From: Candidatus Sericytochromatia bacterium
Lineage (GTDB): Bacteria; Cyanobacteriota; Sericytochromatia; S15B-MN24; UBA4093
DNA: 32,000 nucleotides
NCBI GenBank assembly: GCA_036676455.1
Contig: JAKFCW010000047.1
Location: 69,203-101,202, forward strand
Reading direction: 5' to 3'
The notes under the pieces were generated by a model. That model saw nothing but the letters and a program-made list of their open reading frames with translations. It was not told the DNA's origin and ran no database searches. The position numbers and the translations under genes were made by a program. This document shows positions 31,340 through 32,000 of this stretch, piece by piece. The number at the start of each line of letters is the position of its first letter. The first letter of the stretch is position 1.

Positions 31340-32000
31340 CCAACAACCTCCTGACCGTGCGCCAGATCTGCGACAGCGGGTTCGATGCCACGGGGACGAC
31401 GGCGACCGTCTCGCGTGACTTGGGCTTGGCATAGGACTGGGCAATTTCCTTGACTGACTTGGCGAATGCTCCGTTGGGCTCGGAGATCAACAACGGCTCA
31501 CCAGCGTTCACCGCCGACAGGGCCTGCTCGGCTTGCCAGCCGAGCCGATGTGACAAGGGCCGCTGGATCACCCGTTGCGCCGCCTCGGCATTGATCTCGC
31601 TCGGCTGCTCGTAGCCGGCCACCTTGACCTTGTCCAGGTCGAGGCCCAGCTCGCCCCAGAGCCTGAGGCTCTGCTGCAGCGCCCGAAGCGCGGCCATGTC
31701 CATGGTGAGCGGAACCAGCACGGTATCCGCCAGCTCCATGGCCCGCAGGATGGGCTCGGTCAGCTGCGCACCGGTATCGATGACCGTCCAGGCGGAGCGG
31801 GACTTGAGCGTAGTGACGGTCCAGTCGACGGTCTGGGCGGTGACCAGCTCCGCATCCTCCGGGGTGGTCGCGGCGGGAAGGACCCGGACTCCGGACTTGG
31901 TATGCGTGAGAAGCGCCTGCTCGAGGGCCTCTCCGTCCGCCTTGGAGCCGAGCCGCGCGACGTCCGAAAGCGAGGGGCCGGGCTTGAGGTTGAAGAAGAG
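31317..32000 (-). CDS. cpaE: CpaE/TadZ-type ParA/MinD-family protein, C-terminal part (5' end lies beyond the right edge)
   Basis: The reading frame is open from the window edge to the stop at 31317. My translation includes ...SAWTVIDTGAQLTEPILRAMELADTVLVPLTMDMAALRALQ, a ParA/MinD Walker-B region. It lies directly upstream of cpaF. Confidence 0.75.
   Translation of the reverse strand, partial: LFFNLKPGPSLSDVARLGSKADGEALEQALLTHTKSGVRVLPAATTPEDAELVTAQTVDWTVTTLKSRSAWTVIDTGAQLTEPILRAMELADTVLVPLTMDMAALRALQQSLRLWGELGLDLDKVKVAGYEQPSEINAEAAQRVIQRPLSHRLGWQAEQALSAVNAGEPLLISEPNGAFAKSVKEIAQSYAKPKSRETVAVVPVASNPLSQIWRTVRRLLDVPTQSA

Noticed and set aside
1-32000. Search for CRISPR arrays, tRNA/rRNA genes, transposases, integrases, or toxin-antitoxin and restriction-type defence genes
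   Set aside because: I found no regularly spaced direct repeats, no cloverleaf-like or rRNA-like segments in the short intergenic gaps, and no ORF with recognisable mobile-element or defence motifs. The only repeat-like item is the REP-like hairpin pair at 27073-27119.

Overview
All domain and family calls below come from reading the sequence and the ORF track by eye. No database search or structure prediction was run.

This is a high-GC bacterial chromosome segment. Hand-counted 60-nt samples gave about 57-60 % G+C near 9.6 kb and 17.4 kb, and about 70-73 % near 2.4 kb and 13.0 kb. The host looks diderm: there are at least 10 lipobox lipoproteins and two beta-barrel-type proteins. I saw no rRNA, tRNA, CRISPR array, transposase or integrase.

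Gene content from left to right:
- 1-1704: a partial membrane-protein gene, a TPR protein, and three PspC domains spread over two overlapping ORFs.
- 1837-4818: a degenerate Tad-like module (small anchored protein, TadZ/CpaE-like, and two short T2SS-F-like proteins) with no ATPase.
- 5006-7304: two tandem NHL-repeat lipoproteins.
- 7391-8422: a lone lipoprotein.
- 8524-14613: a tightly coupled six-gene minus-strand operon. It encodes a membrane protein that reads as a covalent FliF-like/FliG-like fusion, a periplasmic TPR protein, a secreted protein with a C-terminal beta-barrel, MotA, MotB, and an unknown two-TM protein.
- 15243-22863: a six-gene array of related lipoproteins.
- 23097-26500: a translationally coupled pair of a large lipoprotein and a FadL/PorV-like barrel.
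- 26612-27919: a dCMP-deaminase-type gene, a REP-like double hairpin, and a Met-rich secreted protein.
- 27980-32000: a canonical tadC-tadB-cpaF-cpaE block that runs off the right edge.

The most interesting signal is the rotor-plus-stator operon (FliF/FliG fusion with MotAB). No other flagellar gene is visible in the 32 kb, and the operon sits among envelope lipoproteins, barrels and Tad-type modules. This suggests a non-flagellar, envelope-spanning, ion-driven machine.
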